DNA from: Euglena gracilis
Lineage: Eukaryota
DNA length: 64,000 bases
Direction of reading: 5' to 3'
Assembly: GCA_039621445.1 (NCBI GenBank)
Contig: CP154954.1
Coordinates: 17,576,589 to 17,640,588, forward strand
In this document: positions 1 to 46,400 of the stretch, one piece after another
Position numbering within the stretch: the first letter of the stretch is position 1
Layout of the letters: every line of letters begins with the position of its first letter
Position numbers and translations under genes: made by a program
Notes under the pieces: generated by a model
Told to the model about the DNA's origin: nothing
Database searches by the model: none
The model's input: only the letters and a program-made list of their open reading frames with translations

Positions 1-1196
1 TTTCGTGTGCGCTAAAAGCGAAACCAATGCCGACCCCGGCCCAGCCCACACCCCACCCAACCGGGAACAATCCTCCGGGGGGCAGCTCAGACTTCTCTGA
101 GGTTTGACCATCCATCATGCGATGACTCTGGGGACTTGGGGGTCATCACCGCTGCCAGGAGGACACCATCCGTCCGCCCCCGCCAACACCAATTCAGCAA
201 CTGCCCGTCCCCCAACCCTTCGTCCCAGGTTGGGCTCCCTCCAAACCCAGTTTGGCCCGTGTGGACACCCTTTGTTGACACCATTGCTGTTCTGCATTCA
301 TGTAAACATCCACGTCACAATCTCGCCCCATTTTCCGGCCAGCAGCACCATCGGATTGGCGTGCTGGAGGATATTAAGGCTGCCACCCCCCCCCCCCCAC
401 ACCAACCCACAACCACACAGTGTTTGTGGGTGTGGATGAATATGCTTTTTTTGCGCGAAAAAATCTCACCACCAACTCGCAGTTGGTCCGGCCAAAACAG
501 CCGCCATTCCACGCAGCCACACCCCGCGGCCAGCCCTCTCAACCCCCATTTTCCAGCCAGCAACGTCACCCGTCCAATGCGCAGGCTGTAACAGAAATGG
601 ATGGGCCCCAATCAGCCTTGAAAAAAAAACCACCTGTCGTGCGGGAACACGACCAAACAGGTGTTCCAGGGGCCTCAGTAGCATCGACCAAGTTGAGATG
701 TGCATCACAGAGCAGACGACTTGTGGGTTGGCATCATCGAGCCCCCATGCGGGTTGGTCACCACGTCTCCTCCCCAACCCCCCTTCCCGCCTGGGTCTGG
801 GTCTGTGTCTCTGCGCCCGTGTGCGTGCGCACCTGTTGTGCTGTGCGATTTCGTGTGCGCTAAAAGCGAAACCAATGCCGACCCTGGCCCAGCCCACACC
901 CCACCCAACCGGGAACAATCCTCCGGGGGGGGGGGGCAGCTCAGACTTCTCTGAGGTTTGACCATCCATCATGCGATGACTCTGGGGACTTGGGGGTCAT
1001 CACCGCTGCCAGGAGGACACCATCCGTCCGCCCCCGCCAACACCACTTCAGCAACTGCCCGTCCCCCAACCCTTCGTCCCAGGTTGGGCTCCCTCCAAAC
1101 CCAGTTTGGCCCGTGTGGACACCCTTTGTTGACACCATTGCTGTTCTGCATTCATATAAACATCCAAGTCACAATCTCGCCCCATTTTCCGGCCAG
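1..1196. repeat. Near-identical direct repeat, 1-342 vs 849-1196 (left copy cut by the window edge)
   Basis: Base-by-base match with a few substitutions and a G-run length difference. Confidence 0.92.
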
Positions 1197-1344
1197 TGTC
1201 TCTACCTTTTAGTCATGGATAATAATGCTGTCAGAGTATAGTCACCCTCTACTCCCATCCATGCAACTGCCATTTGTCTTTTTTTGAAACAGTTTTCGGC
1301 CTTTTTGTATTCTCTCCAAAAAGAATCTCTGCAGCAGTTCGCAC

Positions 1345-33463
<32,119 letters not shown>

Positions 33464-33477
33464 GTCTTCCAGTCCGA

Positions 33478-33495
33478 TCCTGAGGAAGGATGGCA
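33478..33495 (-). promoter_or_regulatory. Candidate 3' acceptor (possible spliced-leader trans-splice site) 16 nt upstream of the start codon
   Basis: Minus strand ccatccttcctcAG|gatcggactggaagacATG; pyrimidine tract plus AG at 33481-33480. Confidence 0.4.
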
Positions 33496-34678
33496 ATCAG
33501 CGCTTGCGACAATTGTACAGGCGGACGAGGAATCGTGGAGTTGCCATGAACCGTGCAGACGGCACAAAATTTCATGTGGACCATCCCGATTGGTAGCTTG
33601 GCCCAAATTATCTCAAAAGAAAGGAAAAACAGCTTGGAAACGCGGGCTTCAAGGCGAAATGTTGAATCCTAATCTTCCCGCGGTTGGCCGATACCCAGTC
33701 CCTAACGAGCGGCGGGACCGCATGGGTCCTCAGGGTGCTTCGCGGAAGATGGGAGGCCTTTAGAACGGCAGCAACCGATAGCAACCAGTAATCAACCTGG
33801 TTCCGTGGGACTCGCTAGTTGGTCATCAGGTCGGGCGACCTTCGGAGTGTGGTGTACTTGAAGCAGCGTTCGATATACCGTGGGGGTGAGTGGCCTGGAC
33901 ATCGGAATGTGGCGCACCGGTGTCGGGGATCGCTATCAACGGGTCCCGGCTGGTCACCTAAACGTAGGGAGGTCGTCGTGGAGGCACCTGCGCATGGTGG
34001 CTCAATGTACAGTCAGGCAAATGTGAGCCCCCCGTGGAAGCAGTCGAGGCGCCTTGGGGCATAGCTGGCACTTCGTTTAAAACGAAGTAAAAAAAACACG
34101 TTTAAAAAAAAACGCCATTGAGGGTCCAGGGCAAAAAAAAAAAATGCTTTTAATTTTGGCTTTTTTTGCCCATCCGGGGTAAGAGAAAGACACCAAATTT
34201 GGGTTGTTTCAACCATAGCTGGCACTTCGTTTAAAACGAAGTTTTAAAAAAAACACGTTTTTTTTAAAAAAAAGCACGTGTTTTTTTTCAAAAAAAAACA
34301 AAGCCCCCCCGAATCCCGAGGGTGTCACCGCAGGAGGAGGATGGGTGCCAGCAACGGGTGTAATCCTTGGCCTCGACGAGCCCATCTCCATCTAGCCACA
34401 GTGAAGGGTCGGCGGCAGGAGCAGTGGTCAGGAGCGTCGTGTGGTGTGGGGCTCCCCTGGGGCCGAGCCAAACCCTGCACGATGCGTTCGGGTGCCCATG
34501 GGGCCTTGACTAACTCGACCTGACCAGCCTGGGTGCCTTGAATCGAGCCTTGAATGGCATGGCCTGCCAATGACCCCGAACCGAGTCTCACGGAAAGGTT
34601 CTAGCCCAGGAATGCAACCATCCCTCTGGGAGGGTGCAGCTCCGAAGGAATAAGCGACCCCCTGCCTGACCTCCTGGA

Positions 34679-35059
34679 CATAGTTGGCAGCTTGTTTTTT
34701 TTGGGCGCTGCTTTTTTTTCATTTTAACAATTTTGAAAAAACAAAAAAAAACGCCAACAAGGTTTTGCACGGAAATTTTTTTGAATGTATATTTTCAATC
34801 ATTTTTTTAGGAAGTTTTGAAAAACTTCCCGGCATGAAAAAAGCCATAAAGTTGCATTTTTTTTTGCATTTTTTGGATGGTTTTGACCATTTTTGGCAAT
34901 TTTTGAACTTAGTAGGATTCAAAGTATGGTTTGGGTGTTTCATAATGAGTTTTTTCAATGAAAATTTCCTTTTGTTTTTTTTTTGATGTTTTTTTGTCAT
35001 TTTTTTTCTTCAAAAAAGTAAGTTTTTTTTAAAAAAAAACAAAAAAAACGCCAACTATG
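34679..35059. mobile_element. hAT-like MITE with CAT...ATG termini (TIR CATAGTTGGC)
   Basis: TSD CTCCTGGA/CTCCCGGA. Confidence 0.8.
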
Positions 35060-35269
35060 CTCCCGGACCCAACCCCACCTGTCCCTCAACCAACTATGGA
35101 TTCTTTCTCATTCGCCCTCCACGACCGGTGCCCTTTTGTCGATTGTCAACGATCCCGGCATACTGTATCTCGCTCCCAATTGCTCTTGCAGGTCTCCCAA
35201 CACGTGGCTGGCAGAGTCCCCCCGGAGGATTTCCTCCGCGCGACTTCAACCACCATTTCCTCTTCCTGG

Positions 35270-37337
35270 CAGGGGTGTAGAAAGTGGGGGTCGGGGGGGG
35301 GGCGGCCGCCCCCGGGATTTTGGAAAGATATTTTTTTTTGGCATGAGTGTGATATTTTCCTTTGCAATGACATCATCAATGGTTCAAAGGGCGTCACCAT
35401 CTCGGCTGCCTTCGGCAGCCACCTTGCCAGTTAAAACCACATTTCTAGAAAATGAAATTGCAAAATCCATTACCGTCTCGGCCGCCTTTGGCGGCCGAAA
35501 TAAACCCCTTGAGGCTTGAAACCGTGTCTGGGGGCTCCGTTTTCATGCCCGAACCGGCGTCTGGGACGCCGGTTTGGGCGGGAAATTTCTGCGCCGAACC
35601 GGCGTCCCAGACGCCGGTTCGGGCCTGAAACCGGCGTCTGGGGGACCCAAAATAAAAAGTGCCAAAAAGTGTCCAAAAGGGTTTGTAGACAGGTGGCAAT
35701 CATATTTGAGCAGTTTTTGGGTGGTCTTGGGCCAAAAATTGGGTGTTTTTTGAGCAACAATTTCCTTTTGGCCAATTTTGGAGATTTTCTGAAATAGAAT
35801 ACCACGCAGCATGGCAGAAATCTAAGGCCATCTGCTGAAAGCCCTTGAGAAGAGCTTTCGATCGATGGGCAACATGGCAGCTGAAAAGTGGAATATCAGA
35901 CATGCAAATGGGGTCCGAAAAATGCGGAAAAATGCGATCGCTGATTTTGAGGGCGCTTTGCAATCTGGCTGAGTTCTGTGGGTACCAAGCGAAAGGTGTT
36001 GGCGAGACCTTTCGTTTGATATGCAATATGCAACCTGAACTGTGGGATTTGACAAATTAGGATGTCAAATTTTGGAATACACGATCGCTGAAAATAAGCG
36101 CTGTGTGCATTATGGCCGAATCCTGTGGCCATCTGTCGGAAGCCCTTGAGAAGAGCTTTCAATTAATGGGTAACATGGCTTCATAAGTGTGGAATCTGCC
36201 ATTTTTGAGCGGCGGCCCATTTGGGCCAAAGTAGCCCAAAACTACCCCAAACATGGGTATTTTGGGCGAAATTGGCCGTGATTCCTCAGCCGCCGGTTCG
36301 GGCATGAAAACGGAGCCCCCTAGCCACGGTTTCAAAAACTGTGTCCCAGACGCCGGTTCGGGCGGGAAACCTGTGCCTGGGACGCCGGTTCGGGCTACCG
36401 CCCGAACCGGCGTCCCAGGCACAGGTTTCCCGCCCGAACCGGCGTCTGGGACACAGTTCTCGATATAGATACTAATTGTTTTTTTTACCCCCCCCCTTAT
36501 TGTCCCACCGACCTCCCCCCGGGAGGCCCGACTGGACAATAAGGGGGGGGGGGACAATAAGGGGGTACCAAAGGAATTTTCATTGGCTGAGCCAAAAAAC
36601 CCCCCGTCGGCCGGGGCCGAGGGACAATAGGGGGGCGGGTGGTACCCATGATTTCGCTTTCTGGTTTGATTTTTTAGCATTGGAGGCTGGGTAGTCCACT
36701 TCGGGAACCCGGACTCCCCCTCCCCCCCTCCCCCTGTTCAGTTCACTTCGGAAGTGCACAGGGGGTCCCGAGACCCCCCCCCCCCCCGTGAACCTGGATG
36801 TACTTGTTCAATTCGGGAAAAAACCGAAAAACGGAACAACGTGCGAACACCGAAAAGGGCATTTTTCAAAAAAATTTCGGCGCCTTCGGCGCCGGACCCA
36901 CCCTCCTCCGGGAAGTCAACATGTCCAGTTCAGTTCGGAAGTGAACAGGGGAGGTCCGGGGACCCCCCCTCCCCCCTGTACCTGGGCTCCTTGGACTTCA
37001 AAGAGACGTTAGCGTCTCGGCCAGGGGTTTTTTTAAGGCCGGGGGGGGGGGGTCGGCACCCACCCACCCACCCCCTGGAGTGGGCCCCCCTCGGGGGAGG
37101 GGGGGGGTCCCGGAGGACCCACCCACTTTTGCCCGAAAATGGCCAAAAAGCGCCAAAAGTAGCAGCTTTCCCAAAATTTTCGGCGCCTTCAGCGCCAAAA
37201 AAAGATATACCCACCAGCCCCATTCGGGGCCAGGAGGACAGAAAAAAATACACTTTGGTTGTGCCAAGAAAATTTTTTTGGCTCGCCCCCCCCCCCCCCC
37301 CCCCCCCCCCCGGGAAAAAATTGTTCCTACACCTATG
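35270..37337. mobile_element. Composite hAT-like element (CAGGGGTGTAG / CTACACCTATG) holding nested insertions
   Basis: TSD CTTCCTGG/CTTCCTGC. Confidence 0.68.
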
Positions 37338-38255
37338 CTTCCTGCTGTACTCTTTTGCGGGACAGAGAACGTTACCATTGCCCGCATGACCTTCCCGTGT
37401 CCCAACTAGCATTGCGACGTAATTTACAAGTGTAAGTTTCGCGTGTAACTTACACGTAACATACAGCGTAATTAAATTTTAACATACGGTCGTTTAAGTT
37501 TTTGTTTTGCAGGGGGCTCATTTGGGGGGGGGGGTCGCTGAGCTCTTATCCCTTTATGGGTAAGAGCCAGCCCCACCCCGGTTCCCTTATTTTTTTTCAG
37601 TCGCGAGCGACTGGATTTCCTGTTTCCGAATCACCTGGGTTTGACCCCCAACTCCTTGCCATGCCCGAGTTATTCACGCGCGGGGGGGGTCTAAACTGGG
37701 TAGGATCGGCCCACCCCCCTTTTTAAGCCCCCCTTTGGACTCTGCCATTTCGGCCAAAAAAATGTCAATTTTCAAAATATCTCCAAAATGAAGCCAAAAT
37801 CAAAGTAATGTATGTAGACCTAATTTGAAGCCCTTGGAACGCCCTATCTACTGGTATTTTGATTTCCTCGCAACTCCCCGCGTTTCGGCCAATATGGCCA
37901 TTTTTCACACTTTTCCCACTCTTCGTTTTCGGGGGGGGGGGGTCAAAAATGAATGTTTTCAAACTTTCTCGAAAGTGATGCAAAATCAAAGGAAATGTCT
38001 GGAGTCCTAAATTGAAGCCCTTGGAACGCCTTATCCTCTGGTATTTTGGTTTTCACGCAGCTCACCGCCTACAAGATACAGCCGCTTTTCGGCCAATTTC
38101 GGCCATTTTGAACACTTTTTCCGCTGTCCGGCTTTTCCTTTTTGGGCCAAAAAATTCAAAAAATGGATTTTTTTTGCCCGAAACGATGTTTTTTTGGCCT
38201 CTCGTACCCGGACAAACTGTTTTTGAGCCGAAAATGAGCGTTTTTCCACCCCCCC

Positions 38256-41200
38256 CAAGGTTGACGGCTTGTTTTTTTTTGAAACAAAAAAACATGTTTT
38301 TTTTTAAAGAAAAATATGTTTTTTTTTGAAAAACAAAAAAACCGCCATGGAGGGTTTGGGGGAAAAATTTTTGCAATGTTTTTTTTTTGAAAAAAAACTT
38401 GGCCGGTGATGCCTAATTTGACAAAGTATTCAGGTAGATTCCTAATTTTGAGGCATAAATTTTTGTAAAATTTAGACTGGTGATGCCTAATTTGGTGTCA
38501 AAATTCTAATTTTAGGTTGGGGGATTCCTAATTTGGAGCCAAAAAGGATCCCCCCCAAATTCGTTTTCGGTGATTCCTATTTGCCCACCGAAAATGTGGT
38601 GTTCTCCCATGACCCCCCCGTGACCAGTGTGGGCCTCGTCTTTTATCAGTCGTTTAAAACATCGTTTTAAATCAGTTTAAAACCGTCGTCGAAAATCAAA
38701 AAGACGTTTTTTCGACAGTATGGAAAAAGACATAGGGGGCGGGACGTCTTGCCGGCTAACGGAGGCCATCCCAGCTTTTGCCCTGGGGAGCTTGCTTCAC
38801 AAAATTCCACTGTGGAAACTACTGGGGGCACAATCCGGGAGGTGAGAAAATTTTGCGTTCGCAGTTGGGAAGGAGTCCAGCCGAAGCCCTCGTCGTGTTC
38901 AAAAAAAGGGTACAAAAATCTTCTTCCCGATTCCGCCGCCTTGGGATCCCAGTTTCTTCCGAAAAAGTTTTTTCACCGAAAATCCCTTGGCACCCGAGCT
39001 GTACGGGCTGTAGGGGGGGGGGGGGCTAAAAACTGGCGCCGCCAGGAAAGCACTGGTTGGGGGGGGGGTGGAACCCCCCAGGTTGAGGTGATTCCCGTAC
39101 AACCCCGCCAAACACTGGGGAGGGGGTGCCAGTTTTCAGAACATACTCCAAGAAGAAAACCCTGTTGACATGAAAATTTCAGGAAAGGCTGGAAACACAA
39201 GCAAAAGAGAAAACCAATGAAGAAAGCAAAAAAGAAAGCGCAATTTACAACAACAGAGTCCTGTGTTTTTTCTGAAAACACCACAGGACCCTGACAACAG
39301 CTGCCAATACCTTCACTTCTTCTTCTTCTTTTGTAGCTTCTTTGACTAAAACTTCACATCAACTTCACATTCCACACGTGGAACCTGTGAGTGGAAGAAT
39401 CACACATGAAACACAACATGGATGACGGACAAATGGGACTGAAAAAAAGAACAATGGCAAATCTGGCAAAATTCCAGAATGAAGCCACATGTCCTAAAAT
39501 TAAAAGCACACAATGCCAGGGGGGGTGTTGGGGACGCGGGGGGGGGGGGACGGGGGGGGGGGGGCGGGGGGGGGGACGCGGGGGCACCACCATTCTGGGG
39601 GTGCTACCCCCGTGACCCCCCCCATGCCCCCCCCCCCCGTGACCCGCCCGTGACCCGAGAATCGAGCCTTTGATTTTCATACAATGCGCCAACCTTCATC
39701 ACTTCAGCCTTTCTTTTCATTCATCATTTCAGCCTGCTTTTTGATGAAGGTGGCGTTTTTGGTCGCTTTTCATCAATTTTCTGGTTGAAAGCAATGAAAA
39801 TTTGCCTTGGCATGGTCCAAAAAAAAACAAGGTTGTTTGGTTAATCGAAGTTTGGTTAATTGTTTGTGACCCAACTAGTGAATTGATCTTTTGTGGGGGG
39901 GGGTCAATTAATCGAAATTAATCGATTTTTGGTTAATCGCTCCCCTCGCCACACCAAACCCCCCCCCTCCCCGCCCCCTAGCCGGAAGCCTCGCCACGGC
40001 GTGCCGACCCCCCACATGTTTTTTTTTAGAATATGTCATCCTGGGTTTGGGATCACTTCAAGAAGGATGGGTCAAAAGCAACTTGCATGGTTCCCAAATC
40101 AAACGGAGATCCTTGTGGCCAAATTTTGGAATGGAAGAGGTCCAGGACTTCTATCAGCTATCATTTGAGAACAACTGGCATTTTTTGAGGGGCAAGGATA
40201 CATTTTTGACTTCTCACTTGTTTTTGCAACGTTCTTTTTCCTTCTCCCCTCTTCTTCGTTTCATCACATCAAGCATGCCGGGACATTGCAGAAAAGCTTC
40301 TTCAAAAAAGAAAAGAAATTAACCTTTTTTCTTGCGAAATGGCCATTTTTTGAGGAAAAAGTTCTAAAGTTGTTTTTTTGGTCATCAAAAAGTGACATTT
40401 TTTTTTTAGTTTTTCCAGACCCTTCATACTAAAAAAATACTAAATTGATGGAATATGTGAAAGCCAGCACCCTTCACAGACTACGAAGCTGCAGAGTTAA
40501 AAAAAAAAAGCGTTCAAAAAATTATCTCCCAAACCCTCCATGACTTTTTTTTTAAAAAAGCATGTTTTTTTTTGCTTCAAAAAAAAACAAGCCGTCATCC
40601 TTTACCCAAAATGCTTCCCAAAATAGGTGACGGTCAAAAGAATTCTGACAAAATTCCCTTTCAAAAATGACCACTTTCGGACCCAAAGGCATTTTTTTTG
40701 TTCAAAAATGGCCCAAAAATGGCCAAAAATGACCACTTTTTTTGTACTCGAAAGTCACCAATTTCAGGATGCGTTCTCCTTCTCGTGATGGGATGCAACA
40801 TCATGGATGTTGCCTCCCGACTACCTCCAAAGTGGCACACTTCCCCCGTGACCCCCCCCCCCCGTGACCTCCCCCGTGACCCCCCCCCGTGACCCGCACC
40901 ACCCCCTCTGGGTACCATGCTGGCTTTTTTAAAAAAATGTTTTTTTTATAAAAGCAACAAAGAATGGTGTTTTTTTCAAAATGGCAAAAAAGGTGTTGTT
41001 TTTAAATGCAGTTCTACAAGGCATTACCATCTCCTTGTTCTGCCCAACGCACCTTCACACATTCTGTTTCTTCTATTTCTAGTTTTTTTTGGGTACTTGT
41101 TCGTTGTACGACCCCCACCCCCAAAACCACGACCCCCAAACGGCAGAGTCGAACCCTAACCCCAACCCTAACCCTAACTAATGTTGACGGCTTGTTTTTT

Positions 41201-43408
41201 TTGAAACAAAAAAATGTTTCTAATACGAAAACTGTTTCCAGAACGCCGGTTCGGACCACGGAACTGTGTTCCAGAACGCCGGTTCGGACCACGGAACTGT
41301 GTTCCAGAACGCCGGTTCGGGCTGCCGCCCGAACCGGCGTTCTGGACACAGTTGTTGAAACCGTGGATTAGGGGCTCTGGCTTCACGCCCGAACCGGCGT
41401 TCAAGGAATCCAGGCCAATTTCGGCCTAAATACCCATTTTTCGAACATTTTGGAGCATTTTTGGGCTCCTTTGGGCGCATGGCCATATCGACCGGCCGAT
41501 TGAAGTTTTCACACGTCTGGTGCCATGTTACCCATCGATCGAAAGCTCTTCTCAAGTGCTTTTGGCAGATGGCCACAGGATTCAGCAATAATCCACACAG
41601 CGCTTATTTTCAGCGATCGTGCATTCCAAAATTTGACATCCTAATTTGTGAAATCCCACACCTGAAGTGCCATACAGCATATCAATCGAAAGCTCTCGCC
41701 AAGGCCTTTCATTTGGTACCCTCAGAACTCAGCTATACTGCAGAGCACTCTGAAAATCGGCGATCGCATTTTCCGACCCTGTTTGCAAAGTCGAAATTCC
41801 TATGTTTCACCAGCCATGTTGCCCATCGATCGAAAGCTCTTCTCAGGGGCTTTCAGCAGATGGCCTTAGATTTCGGCCGTGCTGCATGGTATTCTATTTC
41901 AAAAATTCCCTGAATTTGGCCGAATGGAAATTGTTTCACAAAATACCCCAATATCTGGCCAATTACCCCCCAAAAACTGCTCAGATGTGATTGCCACATG
42001 TCTACTAAGCATTTTGAACACTTTTTGGCACTTTTTTTTTTCGGTCCCCTGGACGCTATCTTCCCGCCCGAACCGGCGTTCCAGAACGCCGGTTCGGCGC
42101 AAAAATTTCTGCGCCGAACCGGCGTTCTGGAACGCCGGTTCGGGCGTGAAGCCAGAGCCCCAATACACGGTTTCAAAAAAAAAACAACAAGCCGTAAGCC
42201 GTAAGGTAGTCAACAAAGGGTACTGGCTTCCACATGTGCGACGCCTTGCCAACCACACCTTTTTGGGATGAAGGGTAGGAAAAACTAAAAAAAACGTCAC
42301 TTTTTGGTGACCAAAAAAAAATGACTTTAGAACTTTTTCCGCAAAAAAAAATGGCCATTCCACAAGGAAAACGGTTAATTTTTTGCTTTTTCAAAAAAAA
42401 TTGGTGTTTTTTTAAAAAAACACTTAGGTTGGGGTTGGGGTTCGGTGGAGGTAGTGTTTTTTGTGGGGCAAGGATAAACTTTTTATTTCTCACTTGTTTT
42501 TGCAACACTCTTTTTATTTCTCCTCTCTTCTTCATTTCATCATAGCAAGCATGCCGGGACATTGCAGAAAAGCCTGTTCGGGGGAGGAAACCAAACCACT
42601 TGGTGGGGACGCGGGGGGACGCGGGGGGGGGGGGGACGCGGGGGGGACACGGGGGCACAACCCCCCAGGTGAAAACACTCCCAAAACATGGGTCAAAGAC
42701 AGAGTTGCAGCAAGTGTTCTCTGTGAAATGGAAGCAAAAGTTCCTTCATGTAAAACTCCACCAGAAAACCATATGGACCGCCAGAAAATGATAGAAAAAC
42801 AGAACGCACAATAGAAGACCTGCCACACAAGAGGGTGGCACTCAAAATTGACACCCAGGGGAGCGTATTTTGGAAAAAATGGCAAATTTTTGAAAGTGGT
42901 CTAGATGCACCAGAAAAGACCAGGAGAACAATTCTTCAAAAGTCACCTTCGGGGGGGGGGGCAAACCTGCTTCGACGTTCAATAAATCCTGCATCAATAT
43001 ATTCCTTATCCTTCAAATAGTTCGATTCTGAGTTCCAGACAAAGAAAAACAACGAATTTCAAGGGGAGAGCACAGTTTTGCTCCCAATTAGGAAGTTCTT
43101 CCGTCTGCGATCGCCGCGAATGTTTAAAACTGTCGTGTTTTTTTCCCCGAAGAAAAAGACGGAAAAAGACGTTTAAGACGGCGTCGAATTGTCGGAATGG
43201 TCTTTTATTCTTAAAAAAGACTTTGGCACCACACTGCCTGTAACCCCCCCCCCCCCCCCCGGTGACCCGAACCACACCTGAAAAATTTTCCTCAAAAATG
43301 GCGATTTCGCAAGGAAAAGGGTCAATTTTTGCTTTTTCAAAAAAAACGTGTTTTTTGCGTTTTTTTTTAAATGTTTTTTTTAGAAAAAACAAAAAAACGT
43401 CAACCCTG
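38256..43408. mobile_element. Nested block bounded by CAAGGTTGACG / CGTCAACCCTG, interrupting the third GCTGAGCTCTT-family copy
   Basis: The flanks rejoin to the uninterrupted sequence seen at about 19010-19140. Confidence 0.65.
41221..42175 (+). mobile_element. Dispersed repeat with GAACCGGCG-iterated ends and internal TCGAAAGCTCT subrepeats (inverted copy at about 35517-36468; related copies at about 44220-45190 and 48020-49560)
   Basis: Colinear similarity between copies over hundreds of nt. Confidence 0.75.
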
Positions 43409-46400
43409 CCCCCCCCCCCCGGCCTTGTTTCGGGGCACAAAACCCTTGCATTTCAGTCAAAAGAGCTCCATGGAGTGGGCCCTATTGATGTTGGGGGGGG
43501 TCAATGAAGGGGTGGGTCAGTCAAATGAATTCCTGGTTCCCTGGGGGGTCGGCACGCCGTGGCGAGCCGTCCGGCTAGGGGGAGGGGAGGGGGGGGGGTT
43601 TGGCGTGGCGAGGGGGTCCCGGATGGGGGGGGGGAGGGGTGCGCGGGGGTTTTCCAAGAAAAATTTCTTTGGCGCGGCTGACATGGCGTGGCGAGGGGGT
43701 CTGAAAAGGGGGGGAGGGGGGTAAAATGGCGTGGCGAGGGGGTCGGTGATGGGGGGGGAGGGGTGTGCCGACCCCCCCCTGGTTCCCCATGGAAGCATTG
43801 GCCTGGTCACATTGCAGGCCATGGGGAAGGGTGCTGCTATGTGCCAAGGAAACGGCCCGACAAACAGGCTCCGTCACTGGGTTGGCTGGTTGGGGGTGGG
43901 CGCACCCAGCCAATGATGCTCCATAATGAAAATCCAAAAATCGTCCAAAAAACAACAAAAAAAGTTCAATCCCCCCTCCCCCAATTCCATCCATCCTTAG
44001 GAGCAGCCCATACACAGGGGCAATTGCGTCTCTCGACGTACAGCACACCCACAGGTTCCTCAGCGTTCAGGCTTGGGCTCATGACAAGGGCCATTCCATT
44101 CCCCTCTGTCAGCAGGAATATGGGATTTTTTGACATTTTTTTTTTAAACACTCGAGTGCGTTCGAAGTGCCAACGTACCGGCTTCCTCACAGCCACGTCA
44201 GTGCTTCACCTCATCATGGCCACGCAGGGATTCTACATTAAGCCGGCGTTTGAGACGCCGGGCTCAGGACAGAACCGGCGTCCCACCCCACGGGCTTCCG
44301 GACGCCGGTTCTGTCCTAAAGCCCGGCGTTAGGAACACCGGCTTTGTCCAAAGCCTGGCGTCCGAATTTCATTCCTAAAAATGTCACCAAAAGTGCCCAA
44401 AAGTGGCCCTAAGGTGTTGGTATGACTGTTTCAACCATCAAGGACAATGAATTTTGCCATCTGGGGACCAGTGGGGTGGATACCAAATTTGTGGTATCCA
44501 AATTTGGTGAAAATTGGCCCAGATTTGGAAATAGAGTACCGTGCAGCGTGGAAAGATCTGATGAGCACCGCTGGTCGTCTGTTGAAAAGAGCTTTCGATC
44601 GAGGGGTAACTTGGTACCCTAACGTTGCACGCAGCCCGAGATACGCTCGCGATCGTCGGATCGGCCAGAATATGAGTCGAAATTTGTCTCAATTTTCAGT
44701 TTAAGATGCTTAATAAACCTTACAAAAACGTTTTTCCTCTTTGAATCAACGACCTGAGGGCCTTGGGGGGGCACCAGAGTTGTGAAATTAGGATTCCCCA
44801 GTGACAGAAAATAAGAGCTCCAGGCGACGTGGCTGAATTTGGTGGTGATCGCCAGTCGTCTGATGAAAAGAGCTTTCGATCGAGGGGTGATTTTATACCT
44901 GGACGATTGACACAGCCAGAAATACCCTCGCGATCGCCGGAATTTGGTGAAGTGCAAAGTGGTGTGACATTGCAGATCAGTGGTCGGAGATTGGTCCTGG
45001 GAGTGTCCTTGGGCCGAAGGTTGGGGACGCCGGTTCTGTCCTGAGCCCGGCGTCTCTAAAACGCCGGCTTAAACAAGAGGTGTCGGACGCCGGTTCTGTC
45101 CAAAGCCCGGCGTTCCAAACGCCGGTTCCGTCCGAAGGACGGAACCGGCGTTTGGAACGCCGGGCTTTGGACAGAACCGGCGTCCGACACCTCTTTTTTG
45201 TAGTAAAGTGAGGATTTTTTTCCCACCATTCTGGCCAAACGGTTTCGCAAACTGCCCACCTGTCTTGTTTTTTTCCAGCGGGTTGTTATCCCAAGCTGGT
45301 GATCTCCACAACAGGTTCCGCTCCTTCTTCCTGCCCACGTTCCACCACAACCACCTCGTCCTCTGTGATGGAGGATGCTGCAGCCTCCATTGCCAATACT
45401 GATGAAGACAAAAAATAGCCGGAAATTCCAAGTTCCTGAGCTCTCTGTCATTGCTTCTGCGGCAAGTGTTCTGTTGACCAACTTCCATACGGACAGAGGC
45501 TGTTGCTTCAAGGGTCTCTTGTGCAACACCTATTGCGAAATAGATTGCGCCAACTCGCAAAAACAAACCACATTTTCTTCGCCGTAGAGCAACATGTCTG
45601 TCATATCGCTTCACCAGTGCAGCAGTGGTATCAGCCGGTCAGAGGAAGGTGCACGCTAGGGTTGTGCCAATTAATCGTTTCGGGCTGGCGAACGATTAAT
45701 CGCGATTAATCGGGGTGTCTCGGACGATTACCACCCCCCCCCCTTTATTGTCCCACCGACCTGCCCCCGGGAGGCCCGACCGGACAATAAAGGGGGGGGG
45801 GACAATAAAGGGGTACCAAAGGAATTTCATTGGCCGGGCCAAAAAAACCCCCCGTCGGCCGGGGCCCAGGGACAATAAAGGGGGGGGACAATAAAGTGGG
45901 GGGGGTGGTAAAGATTAATTGGTCCCTTCCGATTTTTGATAGTGAAATCTGCCTGAGAATTTCTAATATCGAACATAGACCATTTCTTTGTGTGCCCGCT
46001 GACGAATTTTTGTTTCATTCTCTGTTGACATGGCAGAGCGAAGCTTATTAGGAACTGCTGTATCTAATCAGAATCACGCGATGTTTCATGGGCACGTTCG
46101 CTGACTCGTTGGCCACTTTTAACAACCGTTTTCATGGTGTACCAGCAAGTAGTGTGCTATCTGACTGACTACCCCATGAATTTTTGTTGATTTCAACAAA
46201 TATTGTGCCTATTGTGGTTTAGATCCACAATGAACGATTAATCGCCATGGGCCGAACGATTCGATTAATCGGCGATGACGAACGATCAATCGATTAATCG
46301 ATTAATCGAAACAGCCTTATGCACGCAAGATAAAAAGCTGGTCATGTCCACCAACTTGTCCCACTCTGCGCTGCATTCCAACCGCCTGTTGCCGAGAACT

